A stretch of DNA of 64,000 nucleotides, taken from the NCBI GenBank assembly GCA_028355575.1, contig JAOMSY010000001.1:13542-77541 (forward strand), in the 5' to 3' direction. The stretch is from Francisellaceae bacterium (GTDB lineage: Bacteria > Pseudomonadota > Gammaproteobacteria > Francisellales > Francisellaceae). The translations under genes and the position numbers were made by a program. How positions within the stretch are numbered: position 1 is the first letter of the stretch; every line of letters begins with the position of its first letter. Positions 62,933 through 64,000 of this stretch are shown here, piece by piece. The notes beneath the pieces were generated by a model that had not been told where the DNA came from, did no database searches, and saw only the letters and a program-made list of their open reading frames with translations.

Positions 62933-63640
62933 TTATTTTTCTATTTTCGATTCTTCTACAAAGCGATAACCTACTCCAGACTCCGTTACAATCAATGGCT
63001 GAATAGAACATTCTTCTAACTTTACACGTAATTGTCGAATATAGACCCTTAAATATTGGGGGTCATCATTATAATACTCACCCCAGACTTCTTTAAAAAT
63101 CTGAGTTTGTGTAATAAGCTTGCCAGCATGTCTTACAAAAAGGCTAAGTAATACAAATTCTTTTTTTGATAATTTTACAGGATTGTTATCAATTTTGACT
63201 TCACGGTTGTGAATGGCAACTGTCATATTTCCAAAGTTGTAAGTTTTATTTTCACTATCAATAGTGCAACCTAAATTTGATGATGCTAAAAGACACTTTT
63301 TAATCCTCGCTAATAGCTCAGGCATATCAAACGGTTTTTTTACATAATCGTTCGCACCATTCTCTAAGGCTTTTACAATTTCATGAGACTCACTTCTTGC
63401 AGAAATAACAATAATGGGTGTGTTATATTTTTCACGAATTAATACTAATAAGTCCTGCCCATCTATATCTGGCAGACCAAGATCAAGCAAAATTAAGTCC
63501 GGCTGATGCTCCTTTAATACTTGAAGTGCGTGTTCTCCATTTACGCCATCTTCAGCATCATAACCCAAAACAAGTAATGCCTTTTTTAAAAACTTTCTAA
63601 TTTGGGGTTCATCATCTACAATGAGGATTTTTTTGTGCAT
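62933..63640 (-). CDS. KdpE-like OmpR-family response regulator
   Basis: ILIVDDEPQIRKFL, LDLGLPDIDG, VWG..QYLRVYIRQLRVKLE, TESGVGYRF; ATG 63640 follows AAGGA. Confidence 0.88.
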   Translation of the reverse strand: MHKKILIVDDEPQIRKFLKKALLVLGYDAEDGVNGEHALQVLKEHQPDLILLDLGLPDIDGQDLLVLIREKYNTPIIVISARSESHEIVKALENGANDYVKKPFDMPELLARIKKCLLASSNLGCTIDSENKTYNFGNMTVAIHNREVKIDNNPVKLSKKEFVLLSLFVRHAGKLITQTQIFKEVWGEYYNDDPQYLRVYIRQLRVKLEECSIQPLIVTESGVGYRFVEESKIEK

Positions 63641-63876
63641 GTTTTTCCTTAGTGAACATCGTTTAAGCAGCTTCATTAAGTGTTTTCTGACTTAATTCTG
63701 GATACCAGTATTTATCTTTAGACTTTACAAAATGCCAATACAATAATTATATAAAGCAATTTTCATTATATGGAAAATATATTTAATTTTATCTAATAAT
63801 TATTAATGTTGGAGTTGAAATAAAATATCAAAACGAAAATCATACCAATCTCTTAATATGTTTCAGTTTTGATGAT

Positions 63877-63916
63877 TTAGTTGGACAAGAGTTGCTCAGG
63901 ACTTTTATCCAACTAA
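63877..63916. other. Long intergenic hairpin (terminator or 3' end of an sRNA)
   Basis: TTAGTTGGA...TCCAACTAA outer stem, with an inner G.U-containing stem on the + strand. Confidence 0.45.
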
Positions 63917-63940
63917 GTATTTTATTCCTATGCTTATGTT

Positions 63941-64000
63941 CTAGATATTTATTGGCCCGCACGTTTGAGTTGTAAATGATCCTGATTGTGAGGCTAATTT
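63941..64000 (-). CDS. Possible C-terminal end of a gene entering from beyond the window
   Basis: Open frame KLASQSGSFTTQTCGPINI* from the right edge, followed by the hairpin. Confidence 0.3.
   Translation of the reverse strand, partial: KLASQSGSFTTQTCGPINI

Noticed and set aside
741..63600. Many short ORFs (60-130 aa) overlapping or antisense to the long genes, e.g. 8639-9028, 13277-13561, 41785-42129, 61934-62302
   Set aside because: They are shadow frames of well-supported genes and show no recognisable motifs
1..64000. CRISPR arrays, tRNA/rRNA genes, prophage, integron or known anti-phage defence genes
   Set aside because: No regularly spaced repeats, RNA-gene signatures or such proteins were recognised by eye; the intergenic gaps are short

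Overview
AT-rich gammaproteobacterial chromosome segment; gene content is reminiscent of Francisellaceae/Fastidiosibacteraceae (inference only). Core genes are aceE-aceF-lpdA, asd divergent from an aspartokinase-thrB-thrC block, def, recC-recB-recD, a GalP-like sugar porter and two two-component pairs. The main feature is a ~25-kb surface-glycan locus (12297-37578) that appears to make a SULFATED Wzx/Wzy polysaccharide. It opens with a fused ATP-sulfurylase/APS-kinase and CysQ (PAPS supply, PAP removal) and has MetK/AhcY (SAM supply, SAH removal) embedded among nucleotide-sugar genes. It also encodes two Sulfotransfer_2-type sulfotransferases, four GT4s, Wzx, a Wzy-like protein, a PglC/D/E/F-type (diNAcBac) initiation block and a Wzc whose kinase motifs are all degenerate. 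An in-frame wbpD::wbpE deletion scar shows the locus has been remodelled. Other observations: a divergent GH18-like protein at the left edge; an aspartokinase lacking the homoserine dehydrogenase domain; a complete IS3 element inserted between the Shine-Dalgarno and ATG of a secreted-protein gene, with orfB in the +1 frame behind an A9 run; an IS630 remnant; and a convergent KdpD/KdpE-like pair. All product calls come from recognising motifs by eye; no database searches were run.
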